From: a virus
IMG/VR virus record: IMGVR_UViG_3300045988_164919
Location: 64,001 to 104,717 of that record
Strand: one strand, 5' to 3'
Length of the DNA stretch: 40,717 nucleotides
Positions 32,487 to 40,504 of the stretch are shown here, one piece after another. The position numbers and the translations under genes are program-made. The notes beneath the pieces were generated by a model, which saw only the letters and a program-made list of their open reading frames with translations, searched no databases and had not been told where the DNA came from. The number at the start of each line of letters is the position of its first letter. Positions within the stretch are counted from its first letter, which is position 1.

Positions 32487-32948
32487 TTAATGACCAAAAT
32501 ACAACCACCACTTTGCCGTAGATACTTCTGCAAGGGCAAGTTTACAATTTTTAATGCTCACTAAATAATTATTGTAAATTTCCAACTGCCGTTTAACTAA
32601 TTCACTACTGGACAATTCAGGATAAATAGATGCGAAGATAACAGCATTTTCAGGAGTCAATGCAGCATATGTATCTTTTTCGTGATCAAGATAATTAGCG
32701 ACCACATCATTAATTGTCACTTGGATGGTTTGCATTTCAGTTTCATATACTTCAATTTTCTTATTGTATTCAGGCACTTTACTAATTGATACAGCACAAA
32801 CGATAATGCCAACAGCTGCAACAAATGCGAGGATGCCGCCAATTGCTACCCAGCCTACACCTTTTCCTTCATAAAAGCCATATCTTAAATTAAGCATGAC
32901 ACCAACAATAATGAGAATAATGCCAATAACAAAAGCCACAATAGTCAT
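32487..32948 (-). CDS. Membrane protein, 153 aa.
   Basis: Track ORF with two TM helices (MTIVAFVIGIILIIVGVMLNL...WVAIGGILAFVAAVGIIVCAV). Confidence 0.5.
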   Translation of the reverse strand: MTIVAFVIGIILIIVGVMLNLRYGFYEGKGVGWVAIGGILAFVAAVGIIVCAVSISKVPEYNKKIEVYETEMQTIQVTINDVVANYLDHEKDTYAALTPENAVIFASIYPELSSSELVKRQLEIYNNYLVSIKNCKLALAEVSTAKWWLYFGH

Positions 32949-33302
32949 TTATTTATCCTCCATAATACAATCACAGACGAATTGATTTACCCATTCCCAG
33001 AAATGATAACCATTGAACATAGTAAAATCAAGGTCATCAAATCTCTTACTGTCAAGCAGTTTCTTTTCTTTATCCCAAATAGTCAGATATACAACAGCAT
33101 AATTACCGCTGCCATCTTCATAATTGCCATGAAAAATATCATCACAATGAATTACAAATCTGCCCTTCCACAGAGGGTCGTCATGCAGATTCTTGTTCAT
33201 CTTCTTAATACGGTTAACAACCTTACGTTTCAGATTCTTCTTACTATTGGAACTGTGAGAACTTTCCCAATACTTATCATTCTTATCCATTACTTCTTCC
33301 AC
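32949..33302 (-). CDS. Hypothetical protein, 117 aa.
   Basis: Track ORF MEEVMDKNDKYWESSHSSNSKKNLKRKVVNRIKKMNKNLHDDPLWKGRFVIHCDDIFHGNYEDGSGNYAVVYLTIWDKEKKLLDSKRFDDLDFTMFNGYHFWEWVNQFVCDCIMEDK. Confidence 0.5.
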   Translation of the reverse strand: MEEVMDKNDKYWESSHSSNSKKNLKRKVVNRIKKMNKNLHDDPLWKGRFVIHCDDIFHGNYEDGSGNYAVVYLTIWDKEKKLLDSKRFDDLDFTMFNGYHFWEWVNQFVCDCIMEDK

Positions 33303-33625
33303 TCCTTAATTCTGTACTGATACATACCTTTAGAATAATCTGTCGGGTTTTTCACTACAACGAAAATTGCATCATAATAAGGCGGATTGTCAATAACGGT
33401 ATAATCAATATCTTTATGATAACCGCATCTATCAAGTGCAATCTTAACTGTCTGTACCATGCCTTCACGTACAATCCAAATACTATGAGTATTGGCTAGA
33501 TTTGCCTGTACCATCAAGGCGCTATCAGGAATAGATTTCAATGCCTTATAAATAACTCTACTCGCGCAATCCTTTTCGCCGATTACGCCTTCTGCAATCA
33601 GTCTTTCTTCATCAGTCTTTACCAT
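33290..33625 (-). CDS. Hypothetical protein, 111 aa.
   Basis: Track ORF MVKTDEERLIAEGVIGEKDCASRVIYKALKSIPDSALMVQANLANTHSIWIVREGMVQTVKIALDRCGYHKDIDYTVIDNPPYYDAIFVVVKNPTDYSKGMYQYRIKEWKK. Confidence 0.5.
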   Translation of the reverse strand: MVKTDEERLIAEGVIGEKDCASRVIYKALKSIPDSALMVQANLANTHSIWIVREGMVQTVKIALDRCGYHKDIDYTVIDNPPYYDAIFVVVKNPTDYSKGMYQYRIKEWKK

Positions 33626-33951
33626 TGTTTTACATCCTCCACATAAATAAATTCAAGGTATTTGTCTACATAAGACATAAATGCCAATTTGCCTTCGCCC
33701 AAGAGACAAGAAGTTTCATAGAGGAACCACTGTTCTGTTGCTTCCAGACTTGTTTCATACATTTGCTTTTGGATGTAATAGATAAGTTCATCTGCTACAT
33801 CTTCTACAACTGCCCGCCGCACTTCTTCAATTTCGGCAAATGTCTCTTTCCATGTTGGTTTGCGTCCAAGAGCAATGAAATCATAGGTGTCCATAAAATC
33901 ATAATTGCCTTCGTCAAGCGGCAAATGATTAATAACAATTAAGCCATCCAT
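33619..33951 (-). CDS. Hypothetical protein, 110 aa.
   Basis: Track ORF MDGLIVINHLPLDEGNYDFMDTYDFIALGRKPTWKETFAEIEEVRRAVVEDVADELIYYIQKQMYETSLEATEQWFLYETSCLLGEGKLAFMSYVDKYLEFIYVEDVKQW. Confidence 0.5.
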   Translation of the reverse strand: MDGLIVINHLPLDEGNYDFMDTYDFIALGRKPTWKETFAEIEEVRRAVVEDVADELIYYIQKQMYETSLEATEQWFLYETSCLLGEGKLAFMSYVDKYLEFIYVEDVKQW

Positions 33952-34304
33952 TAATATGCCCTCTCTACAATATAATTGCTAAAAATCGGCGGGTATTCGC
34001 CAAATACTTCATTAAATTTCTTTTCCATTTCATGCTCTTTATTTACATCAATTTCAAAATGGTTAAGACGATTATAATTAAATGACGAATCAAGGTCAAT
34101 ACTAAAAAGGCGATAACCAAAAAAGATATGGTCTAGCCAATCATAGCCATAGCAATCAGAAATTACAAGGTCATCTTCTTGAAGAATTTCAAATGCTTCA
34201 TTCGGGTCAATCTTTGCTCGTTCACAGTATTCTTTAAATGTAGGAACATTATCTTCACCAAACATAAAACCGCGGCCTACAAATGCTTCATACTCAACAC
34301 TCAT
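33951..34304 (-). CDS. Hypothetical protein, 117 aa.
   Basis: Track ORF MSVEYEAFVGRGFMFGEDNVPTFKEYCERAKIDPNEAFEILQEDDLVISDCYGYDWLDHIFFGYRLFSIDLDSSFNYNRLNHFEIDVNKEHEMEKKFNEVFGEYPPIFSNYIVERAY. Confidence 0.5.
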   Translation of the reverse strand: MSVEYEAFVGRGFMFGEDNVPTFKEYCERAKIDPNEAFEILQEDDLVISDCYGYDWLDHIFFGYRLFSIDLDSSFNYNRLNHFEIDVNKEHEMEKKFNEVFGEYPPIFSNYIVERAY

Positions 34305-34333
34305 GATATATCCTCCTTGACAATTTTTTTATT

Positions 34334-34382
34334 TCTCATTTCTTTATATATATATTTTATAATATTTTTTTATAAAAATAAA
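34334..34382 (-). repeat. Promoter cassette copy (49-nt exact repeat of 29003-29051).
   Basis: tctcatttctttatatatatattttataatatttttttataaaaataaa. Confidence 0.55.
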
Positions 34383-34383
34383 T

Positions 34384-34412
34384 AAGGCCGATTGGGCTAA
34401 CCAACCGACCTT
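34384..34412 (-). terminator. Strand-specific terminator hairpin.
   Basis: aaggccgattgg-gctaa-ccaaccgacctt. The two mismatches on the + strand (C.A and A.C) become G.U wobbles on the minus-strand RNA, so the 12-bp stem only forms in the minus transcript. Confidence 0.5.
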
Positions 34413-34908
34413 ATGTAATAGGTTTATAAATTCCAGGAGGAAGTGTAATAAATGTTTCATCACTAAGGGCATTCCAGAGACAGAGCCATTGACGGTAATC
34501 ATTATATTTTGTGTAATTAATTGTTTTTACATTAGGTGTTTCGTCATCTGTACAAGTTTTAATGAATGTTGAAACATTATCAAGGTTATATGTCTGATAA
34601 TACCCATTATCTAAAAGAACAACAATAGAATTATCTGCACCCCACTGAACATATGTATCTTCAGTAAATGGCTTAAGCTCATGATAGTTTTCTATTTCAA
34701 TTATTGAATGTTCTTTGCTGCTTGGAACTTCACAATAAATAACAGCTAATAGTCCACTAATCATAAGAGCAACCGCACAAGTGGCAAATGCCATCCACAG
34801 GAATTCGGCCTTAAACCAGTCCCAAATTTCTGAAAAACTATAGTATTTAATATATTGATGAATACTATAAATAATGGTAATGGCAGCGGCAATCAAGAAA
34901 AAAATCAT
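34411..34908 (-). CDS. Membrane protein, 165 aa.
   Basis: Track ORF with two N-terminal TM helices (MIFFLIAAAITIIYSI...FLWMAFATCAVALMISGLLAVIY). Confidence 0.5.
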   Translation of the reverse strand: MIFFLIAAAITIIYSIHQYIKYYSFSEIWDWFKAEFLWMAFATCAVALMISGLLAVIYCEVPSSKEHSIIEIENYHELKPFTEDTYVQWGADNSIVVLLDNGYYQTYNLDNVSTFIKTCTDDETPNVKTINYTKYNDYRQWLCLWNALSDETFITLPPGIYKPIT

Positions 34909-35120
34909 TCTTCTACTTTTCCTCCCATAAATTCAATAAAATCGCGGTTTTCGAGAGCATTAATAGTAAAATACCAATGATGGAGAGTCTCATCTGGGGT
35001 CCCAACGATAGCCAATTCATACCAATTTCTTTTCATTTTGCGAATATACATAATAGGAATAAGATCTGCGTTAACACGGACAGGGTATTCATATCCTTCA
35101 ATTTTAAGTTTATAAATCAT
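34905..35120 (-). CDS. Small protein, 71 aa.
   Basis: Track ORF MIYKLKIEGYEYPVRVNADLIPIMYIRKMKRNWYELAIVGTPDETLHHWYFTINALENRDFIEFMGGKVEE. Confidence 0.45.
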   Translation of the reverse strand: MIYKLKIEGYEYPVRVNADLIPIMYIRKMKRNWYELAIVGTPDETLHHWYFTINALENRDFIEFMGGKVEE

Positions 35121-35332
35121 ATATTACTCCCACAATTTTTACAATAAATTTTATCATCTACAATAAGGACTTGATTATTTTGAAGGATAGCACCGCACCT
35201 GGTACAATGCGGTGGGTTAGAGCAGAAGAATTTGCAGCCTGGGTCTTCATCATCGACACGCAAGCCAGAGACAATGCGGCATTGGCCTTGGACACGATAG
35301 CCGCATCTGCCGCATCGACGCAAATTTACCAC
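35117..35332 (-). CDS. Zinc-ribbon protein, 71 aa.
   Basis: Track ORF MVNLRRCGRCGYRVQGQCRIVSGLRVDDEDPGCKFFCSNPPHCTRCGAILQNNQVLIVDDKIYCKNCGSNI has four CxxC pairs. Confidence 0.5.
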   Translation of the reverse strand: MVNLRRCGRCGYRVQGQCRIVSGLRVDDEDPGCKFFCSNPPHCTRCGAILQNNQVLIVDDKIYCKNCGSNI

Positions 35333-35556
35333 AGTACGTTCTCCTGAATTGCATCAAGTGCTTCGGCACTTACTTCAAGACAATCATCAGGAGCGAATGC
35401 TTCAAGCTCTACCTTATTGATGCTATCAAAATACTGACAAATCTTTTCCATAGCATCAGTATATCCTTCATCAACGTCATTATCAGAATACACAAGTCCT
35501 GTCTCATCTTTTGACTTGTCATCAAAATTCCAGTTTACTTTATATCTAAAATACAT
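35326..35556 (-). CDS. Small acidic protein, 76 aa.
   Basis: Track ORF MYFRYKVNWNFDDKSKDETGLVYSDNDVDEGYTDAMEKICQYFDSINKVELEAFAPDDCLEVSAEALDAIQENVLW. Confidence 0.45.
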   Translation of the reverse strand: MYFRYKVNWNFDDKSKDETGLVYSDNDVDEGYTDAMEKICQYFDSINKVELEAFAPDDCLEVSAEALDAIQENVLW

Positions 35557-35558
35557 AT

Positions 35559-35834
35559 TTAATCCTCCAAACTTGGAATAGCTCTAATGTAGTAATTAAT
35601 TCCGCCAAAGAAAAGAGTAATACATTCATTACTGCAATGATATTTCTTCCACCAATCACGTAATGTATCTGTATATTCTTCAAGAGTATCGGCATCATCA
35701 AGTTTGTTAATGCCATAATTATATTCGATAAATGCTTCTTCTTCAGCAATAGATAGAACAAGTTCTTCGGCAGAAGCTCGGCTATTACAGCAAATTAAAT
35801 CATCATTGCAGCTATTCCAAACAACGTATTTCAT
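35559..35834 (-). CDS. Tandem paralog 1 of 5 (91 aa) in a small acidic protein family.
   Basis: It shares the motif ...(R/D)A(S/Q/E)AEE(L/F)(V/I)LS(I/C)AEEE(A)... with its four neighbours: SRASAEELVLSIAEEEAF. Confidence 0.5.
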   Translation of the reverse strand: MKYVVWNSCNDDLICCNSRASAEELVLSIAEEEAFIEYNYGINKLDDADTLEEYTDTLRDWWKKYHCSNECITLFFGGINYYIRAIPSLED

Positions 35835-36128
35835 TTAGTTAAGCTCACTTTCATAAATTCCATTTAAATTATATCCACCCTTATAAAGCATATAACCTTC
35901 AAGAGTTTTATTATATTTGGAAGCTAACCTTTTCCATTCTGTTAAAACATTTTCTTCAGTGTAAATAGATATTAAATAATTATATGTATTTACGCTTTCT
36001 TGTTCTACACATGAAAGAACAAATTCTTGTGCATCATTAAGGTTTTTAAAAGAATATACTTCATAATCATTACCATAATTATTAATTTCACCATAATCAT
36101 TACTATCTATAACTATATAAGTTTTCAT
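35835..36128 (-). CDS. Tandem paralog 2 of 5 (97 aa).
   Basis: LNDAQEFVLSCVEQESV. Confidence 0.5.
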   Translation of the reverse strand: MKTYIVIDSNDYGEINNYGNDYEVYSFKNLNDAQEFVLSCVEQESVNTYNYLISIYTEENVLTEWKRLASKYNKTLEGYMLYKGGYNLNGIYESELN

Positions 36129-36153
36129 CTTAAATTTCCTTTAATATATTTCA

Positions 36154-36441
36154 TTAATCAGGCACTTCACTTTCAAAAATTTTATTAAGAAATAGGACAG
36201 AACCTTCATTTAAAATATAATGTTCAAGACTTTTATGCCGAAGGGCGGCCATTTCTTTCCATTCATGCAAGACATATGCGCCACTAAGGACAGGAGCCCA
36301 TGTAATATTATTATTAAACCAATTTAAAGCACCTTCTTCGGCACATGAGAGAATAAATTCTTCTGCATCACCACGAGTTTTAAAAGAGTAAGTATTAAAG
36401 ACAAGTTCATAATCGGCTTCAACAACTGTATAAATTTTCAT
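36154..36441 (-). CDS. Tandem paralog 3 of 5 (95 aa).
   Basis: TRGDAEEFILSCAEEGAL. Confidence 0.5.
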   Translation of the reverse strand: MKIYTVVEADYELVFNTYSFKTRGDAEEFILSCAEEGALNWFNNNITWAPVLSGAYVLHEWKEMAALRHKSLEHYILNEGSVLFLNKIFESEVPD

Positions 36442-36443
36442 AA

Positions 36444-36719
36444 TTAATATTCTCCTAATTCGTCAATAATAAATCGGCCACTCATAAACCAAAGAGCTGT
36501 GCCGTAATGAGTTTTGCATTTCACTTCTGGATGTCTTGATTTTCTAAATTCAAAACTGTTATTGAAGAAGTCATTTACACCTTCATACATTGCTTGATAA
36601 TATACATCTTCTTCAGTTAATGCAAGGATAGCTTCTTCGGCGTCTGCCCGAGTGTTACAAATATATCGAGGGATTTCGCAACAAGCATCATCATCAATTT
36701 CAGAAATTAAATATTTCAT
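36444..36719 (-). CDS. Tandem paralog 4 of 5 (91 aa).
   Basis: TRADAEEAILALTEEDVY. Confidence 0.5.
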   Translation of the reverse strand: MKYLISEIDDDACCEIPRYICNTRADAEEAILALTEEDVYYQAMYEGVNDFFNNSFEFRKSRHPEVKCKTHYGTALWFMSGRFIIDELGEY

Positions 36720-36721
36720 TT

Positions 36722-37054
36722 TTAATACTCCTCTCCGATAGAATAATTATAATATTCACCAGCCATAAGAAGGGTCCAACCATAGAAAGAAATATTTTTA
36801 TCATCAAATGGAAATCTAAATTTATTATACTCTTTCCATTCAAGAATTTTATCATTGAGATAAACTTCCATGGGATTTTCACCAGGCTCTACTGTAATTC
36901 CTGTTTCATCATAATAATAATCATCAAGGAATGCACTATATGCTTCTTCTTCGGCGGCGGCAAGAATCAGTTCCTGCACATCAGCTTCAGTATCGCAAAT
37001 ACCAAGAATACCGGGATAAAAGTTATCAAAATAATCATAAGCAATATACTTCAT
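36722..37054 (-). CDS. Tandem paralog 5 of 5 (110 aa).
   Basis: TEADVQELILAAAEEEAY. The + strand ORF 36700..36882 is antisense. Confidence 0.5.
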   Translation of the reverse strand: MKYIAYDYFDNFYPGILGICDTEADVQELILAAAEEEAYSAFLDDYYYDETGITVEPGENPMEVYLNDKILEWKEYNKFRFPFDDKNISFYGWTLLMAGEYYNYSIGEEY

Positions 37055-37064
37055 AATTTATTTT

Positions 37065-37120
37065 CTCCCTCATTTTTATATATATATTTTAACAAATTTT
37101 TTTATAAAAATAAAAGAGCC
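37065..37120 (-). promoter_or_regulatory. Conserved promoter motif copy (variant of the 49-nt cassette) upstream of the paralog array.
   Basis: Plus strand ctccctcatttttatatatatattttaacaaatttttttataaaaataaaagagcc. Confidence 0.45.
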
Positions 37121-37137
37121 AGATTTGCTCTGGCTCT
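37115..37137 (-). terminator. Terminator hairpin.
   Basis: agagccag-atttgc-tctggctct is an 8-bp stem with a T-rich tail on the minus strand. Confidence 0.45.
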
Positions 37138-37141
37138 TTAG

Positions 37142-37444
37142 TTATTTATTTACTTCTTCAACGATTACAATAGCATTATGAATTACAATACGATTACCAT
37201 TATAATCAAAGAATGTTTCATTTTCTGACTCGCTAATATCAATCATTGCCGGACCATATTCCCGTAAAAGATTACCATTGTAATCATAGACAGACACAAT
37301 ACGATAAAGGCCGCCAGTGTAATTGCTTCTCCAACTCTTAATAGTTCGCTGAAAATTCGCACCATTGAAAGTAAGAACCAAAAGACCAATTACAAGAATA
37401 ATTACAACAAGAATTACTGCAACACTACCACTTCTACTTCTCAT
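37142..37444 (-). CDS. Membrane-anchored protein, 100 aa.
   Basis: Track ORF MRSRSGSVAVILVVIILVIGLLVLTFNG... has an N-terminal TM helix. Confidence 0.5.
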   Translation of the reverse strand: MRSRSGSVAVILVVIILVIGLLVLTFNGANFQRTIKSWRSNYTGGLYRIVSVYDYNGNLLREYGPAMIDISESENETFFDYNGNRIVIHNAIVIVEEVNK

Positions 37445-37667
37445 ATTAATTCTCCTTATAAATCATTTGTTTTACAAAATAAATACATTACGAATGCAAT
37501 GATTACAAAACCAAAAATAAGTATTTTAATCATTGTACAAACTGCCAAGAGCATAAAAGATAAGACAAATAAAAATGGTTAAGAAAAATAGTCCCATTAA
37601 TCAGTAGCCCTCGCTAATACAATTCCCATGATTATGCCAATTACGGCACAAATTACTACAATTACCA

Positions 37668-39017
37668 TTACAGTTCCTCCGCGATCGTTTCATCTACTGG
37701 AGTAGTATCAGCAACCGCAATGCCTTCAATGCACTTGAAGGAGAAATTCTTGATCTTATATGCCGTGAAAGAGGGCTTATCAACCAGACGCACAACGACA
37801 CCTTCACGCACATGTCGCGGATCAATCGGTTCAGGACCATCATAATACTGTTCTGCCTTATTCATAATCCATTCGCCTGCGGTGATAGTATCATCATTTT
37901 CAGATGCCGGATGCTCGGGGATATAGCCACGCCATTCAACAGGAACGAATTTTACGCCCATCTGTTCACAACGATACCGAGTATATTCAGGAGAATATTC
38001 CACAGTATAACCATCATGAGTAGTTAGAGTCATACGATAAACATAAAAATCGTTCTTCGGAGCAGTAACACCAGTAGGGTCGCAGCCATAAGAGAAGGTA
38101 GTCATATCGCCATATTGCTTAATGAATGCCTTATCGTTGGTTTTCTTATTGGAAACAGAACCCATAATCGGCACGCCATCATCAGTAAAACCAATAATTT
38201 CAGCATAACAGGTTTCGCCTTCATGCAGCTTGCCTTTAATTGCTTCATGGAAATGCTTACGGAATTCATTAGAACCATAGAAGCCGCCATCATAGCTGAC
38301 TAGCAGAGTGCGGCGAGTGCCGTCAATGTAATCATACTGATAGATAGGTTTGCCATCTTTACGAGTAATCTTATCCCACAGAGTACGCTTATAGCCCTTG
38401 AGAACAGGTAGATAGCCGATTCGTGCAGAAGTACCATGGAGCTTACGAGTAATTTCAATAAGGTCGCCAGGCTTGAATGCATTAAGGTTATAAGCAAGCT
38501 GGGCAGTATCAATATGCTCTTTGAACAGAGGAGCAATCGGATCCTTATGCTTGCGAGTCTTGCTCACATTAGAGTTATTGGTATTATTCTGCTTTCTAGT
38601 ACGCGGAATATACTTATTGCAGATAGGATGACCATTAACTTCGTTAATAATGTCGCCCACCTTTAGATAAGCACTTGCATTATCGTCATAGCAATAATTG
38701 AAACAGCTAATCGGCAGATACAGACCATCGGAACGTTCGCCACGCAGTCTGATAGCAGTAATATTACGCTTATCTACTTCCATATAACCAGTGTCAGCAG
38801 TCCCATCGGGAAGCTTGCGGCACAGATGATTGGCGATGCAAAATTCGAGGGAAAGCTGGAGGTCGCAGGGGAAGTAGACACCAATATCGCCAACCTGCGT
38901 ATCAATGGAAACGCAAGTATCATTGCCGAAGAAAGTTGCGATGTAGAGCTTGTCTGCATTAGGGTGTGCCCGCAGCTCTTTAACTTTTACAATATAACCA
39001 CAGTGATTAATATCCAT
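37668..39017 (-). CDS. ATP-dependent RNA ligase (Rnl2/Rnl5-like nucleotidyltransferase) with an N-terminal tRNA-binding-like OB domain, 449 aa.
   Basis: N-terminus GYIVKVKELRAHPNADKLYIATFFGNDT resembles Myf/EMAP/Trbp111 tRNA-binding OB domains (HPNADKLYV consensus). The ligase motif I is LIEITRKLHGTSARIGY (KxHG lysine-adenylate motif as in T4 Rnl2 EKIHGTN). The + strand ORFs 37812..38027, 38115..38303, 38436..38666 and 38826..39062 are antisense. Confidence 0.65.
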   Translation of the reverse strand: MDINHCGYIVKVKELRAHPNADKLYIATFFGNDTCVSIDTQVGDIGVYFPCDLQLSLEFCIANHLCRKLPDGTADTGYMEVDKRNITAIRLRGERSDGLYLPISCFNYCYDDNASAYLKVGDIINEVNGHPICNKYIPRTRKQNNTNNSNVSKTRKHKDPIAPLFKEHIDTAQLAYNLNAFKPGDLIEITRKLHGTSARIGYLPVLKGYKRTLWDKITRKDGKPIYQYDYIDGTRRTLLVSYDGGFYGSNEFRKHFHEAIKGKLHEGETCYAEIIGFTDDGVPIMGSVSNKKTNDKAFIKQYGDMTTFSYGCDPTGVTAPKNDFYVYRMTLTTHDGYTVEYSPEYTRYRCEQMGVKFVPVEWRGYIPEHPASENDDTITAGEWIMNKAEQYYDGPEPIDPRHVREGVVVRLVDKPSFTAYKIKNFSFKCIEGIAVADTTPVDETIAEEL

Positions 39018-39197
39018 TGTATTCTTCCTTTCTTAATTTTAATTAGTTTTCTGCTGGAGTAAAAAAGTCAAGGCTTTCGGTTTGCCATCTATTTGCTTCG
39101 GGGTCAAAATAAAGGACACGGAAATATCCTGTATCGTCTCGGAAGATTTGTGCAATCGTGTAAGTCTTACCGGAGACAACGTTTTTCATTCTCATAA

Positions 39198-39473
39198 TTA
39201 AATCCTTTCGTTGTATGGAATGCGGCTATAGCCCATAATCATAGGCCATACCATTTTGATTAAATCTGGATAAGAAGTTAGAGTGCTTAAATATTCTATC
39301 TTCTTTTCTTCTACTATTGGTGTATATGCGGGACGAGAATATTCTTTTTTGAGTTCTACCAAGTTTTTTGCCAATTGAACTCTTTCGTCCAAAAGGCGTA
39401 CTATCTTCTCATCATATACGGCAATCTCGTTTCGCATTTCAGTTGCACGGTCAAGATATTCATCAAGATTCAT
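39198..39473 (-). CDS. Chorismate-mutase-like (AroQ class) small protein, 91 aa.
   Basis: LDEYLDRATEMRNEIAVYDEKIVRLLDERVQLAKNLVELKKEY fits the AroQ pattern R..ID.iD..iv.LL.eR..la..v...K. Confidence 0.4.
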   Translation of the reverse strand: MNLDEYLDRATEMRNEIAVYDEKIVRLLDERVQLAKNLVELKKEYSRPAYTPIVEEKKIEYLSTLTSYPDLIKMVWPMIMGYSRIPYNERI

Positions 39474-39756
39474 TCGGACGCCACCTTACAATCATCGTAT
39501 TATTGGTAAAACAAGTTGTAAACTTATTAGAATTAAGAATTTCTTGAAGTTTCTTGACGGTATAATTGCTTGACGACGGAGTATCATCGGGAGAAATGAC
39601 AATGGTATAGGCATATGCACCATTTGTTGCCGCTTGTAGCATTGCCGGCGTATTATTTGTGATGATTTCTTCTGCTCTTTCAGTTGCCACACGTTCCTTA
39701 TTAGCTTCTGCTTCAGAGGTAAGAGTAGTAAGTTTAGCAAATAAATTTTTATCCAT
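39463..39756 (-). CDS. Hypothetical protein, 97 aa.
   Basis: Track ORF MDKNLFAKLTTLTSEAEANKERVATERAEEIITNNTPAMLQAATNGAYAYTIVISPDDTPSSSNYTVKKLQEILNSNKFTTCFTNNTMIVRWRPNES. Confidence 0.5.
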   Translation of the reverse strand: MDKNLFAKLTTLTSEAEANKERVATERAEEIITNNTPAMLQAATNGAYAYTIVISPDDTPSSSNYTVKKLQEILNSNKFTTCFTNNTMIVRWRPNES

Positions 39757-39774
39757 TTTTTATTTTTCCTCTAT

Positions 39775-39826
39775 TGTTTATATATATATTTTATAATATT
39801 TTTATTTATTTTTCAATTAAAACGGA
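39775..39826 (-). promoter_or_regulatory. Conserved promoter motif copy (class B).
   Basis: Minus strand CCGTTTTAATTGAAAAATAAATAAAAATATTATAAAATATATATAAACAA. Confidence 0.45.
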
Positions 39827-39830
39827 TAAG

Positions 39831-40017
39831 CAATGTATTCGCGTAGTTTTTTATATGCGGCACGGCAATATTCTTCATCATCAAATTTAATAGTCTCTTT
39901 TTAATTATTCCAATAGTAGAGATTAATGGTACATTTAGTAGGCTGGAAACCGATAGCTCGAATGTCTGTTGTCTTGATACGCTTTTGGCGTTGAAGGCCT
40001 GTGTAAATTTTTACCAT
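39831..40017 (-). CDS. Small ORF interrupted by an in-frame TAA. It is either two tiny genes or a pseudogene, or TAA is read through (unresolved).
   Basis: ATG at 40017-40015 (ATGGTAA overlaps the stop of 40011..40307). It translates MVKIYTGLQRQKRIKTTDIRAIGFQPTKCTINLYYWNN-TAA-KETIKFDDEEYCRAAYKKLREYIAYPF-TAA. Both halves look protein-like. Confidence 0.3.
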
Positions 40018-40307
40018 GGGTCAACATCTCCATAGCTACCATAATATTTCATATTGGTGTTATTTACTGCTTCATTGCGTGCGGCTCTCATAATATCCAT
40101 CCATTTGTCTTGTGCCGCTTCCCAATATTTCTTGTCTTTGAAGGAATAAACAGCTATAGTCTCTTCTGTGGTATCTCCTACAGTTTGAATTTGCATTTTA
40201 TATTTTTCATTTGGGTCTGTATAAAAACTAATATAGAGAATAGCTGATGTTTTATAGCAGCATAGATTTTTATTATCTGTTGTAAATGTGAAATATGGAT
40301 TAATCAT
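40011..40307 (-). CDS. Hypothetical protein, 98 aa.
   Basis: Track ORF MINPYFTFTTDNKNLCCYKTSAILYISFYTDPNEKYKMQIQTVGDTTEETIAVYSFKDKKYWEAAQDKWMDIMRAARNEAVNNTNMKYYGSYGDVDPW. Confidence 0.5.
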   Translation of the reverse strand: MINPYFTFTTDNKNLCCYKTSAILYISFYTDPNEKYKMQIQTVGDTTEETIAVYSFKDKKYWEAAQDKWMDIMRAARNEAVNNTNMKYYGSYGDVDPW

Positions 40308-40504
40308 TGCAGACTCCTAAATGATTTCACTGCTGTTTCAAAAGCATCATAAGAATCAAAATCAAAAGTTTCAGAACCCTTATATTTAGTTGTAATAGTC
40401 ATATGATAGGATTCATCTTTATAACATCTTACACATACAATACCTTCAGGATTGTAATAATACATATTATCATCATTAGTGGCGAAAACAAAAAATTTAC
40501 TCAT
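40304..40504 (-). CDS. Small protein, 66 aa.
   Basis: Track ORF MSKFFVFATNDDNMYYYNPEGIVCVRCYKDESYHMTITTKYKGSETFDFDSYDAFETAVKSFRSLQ. Confidence 0.45.
   Translation of the reverse strand: MSKFFVFATNDDNMYYYNPEGIVCVRCYKDESYHMTITTKYKGSETFDFDSYDAFETAVKSFRSLQ

Noticed and set aside
37445-37667. Two tiny hydrophobic ORFs, MIKILIFGFVIIAFVMYLFCKTNDL and MVIVVICAVIGIIMGIVLARATD. The second has a GGAGGA SD.
   Set aside because: They may be real small membrane peptides (holin-like), but they are too short for a call without comparative evidence.
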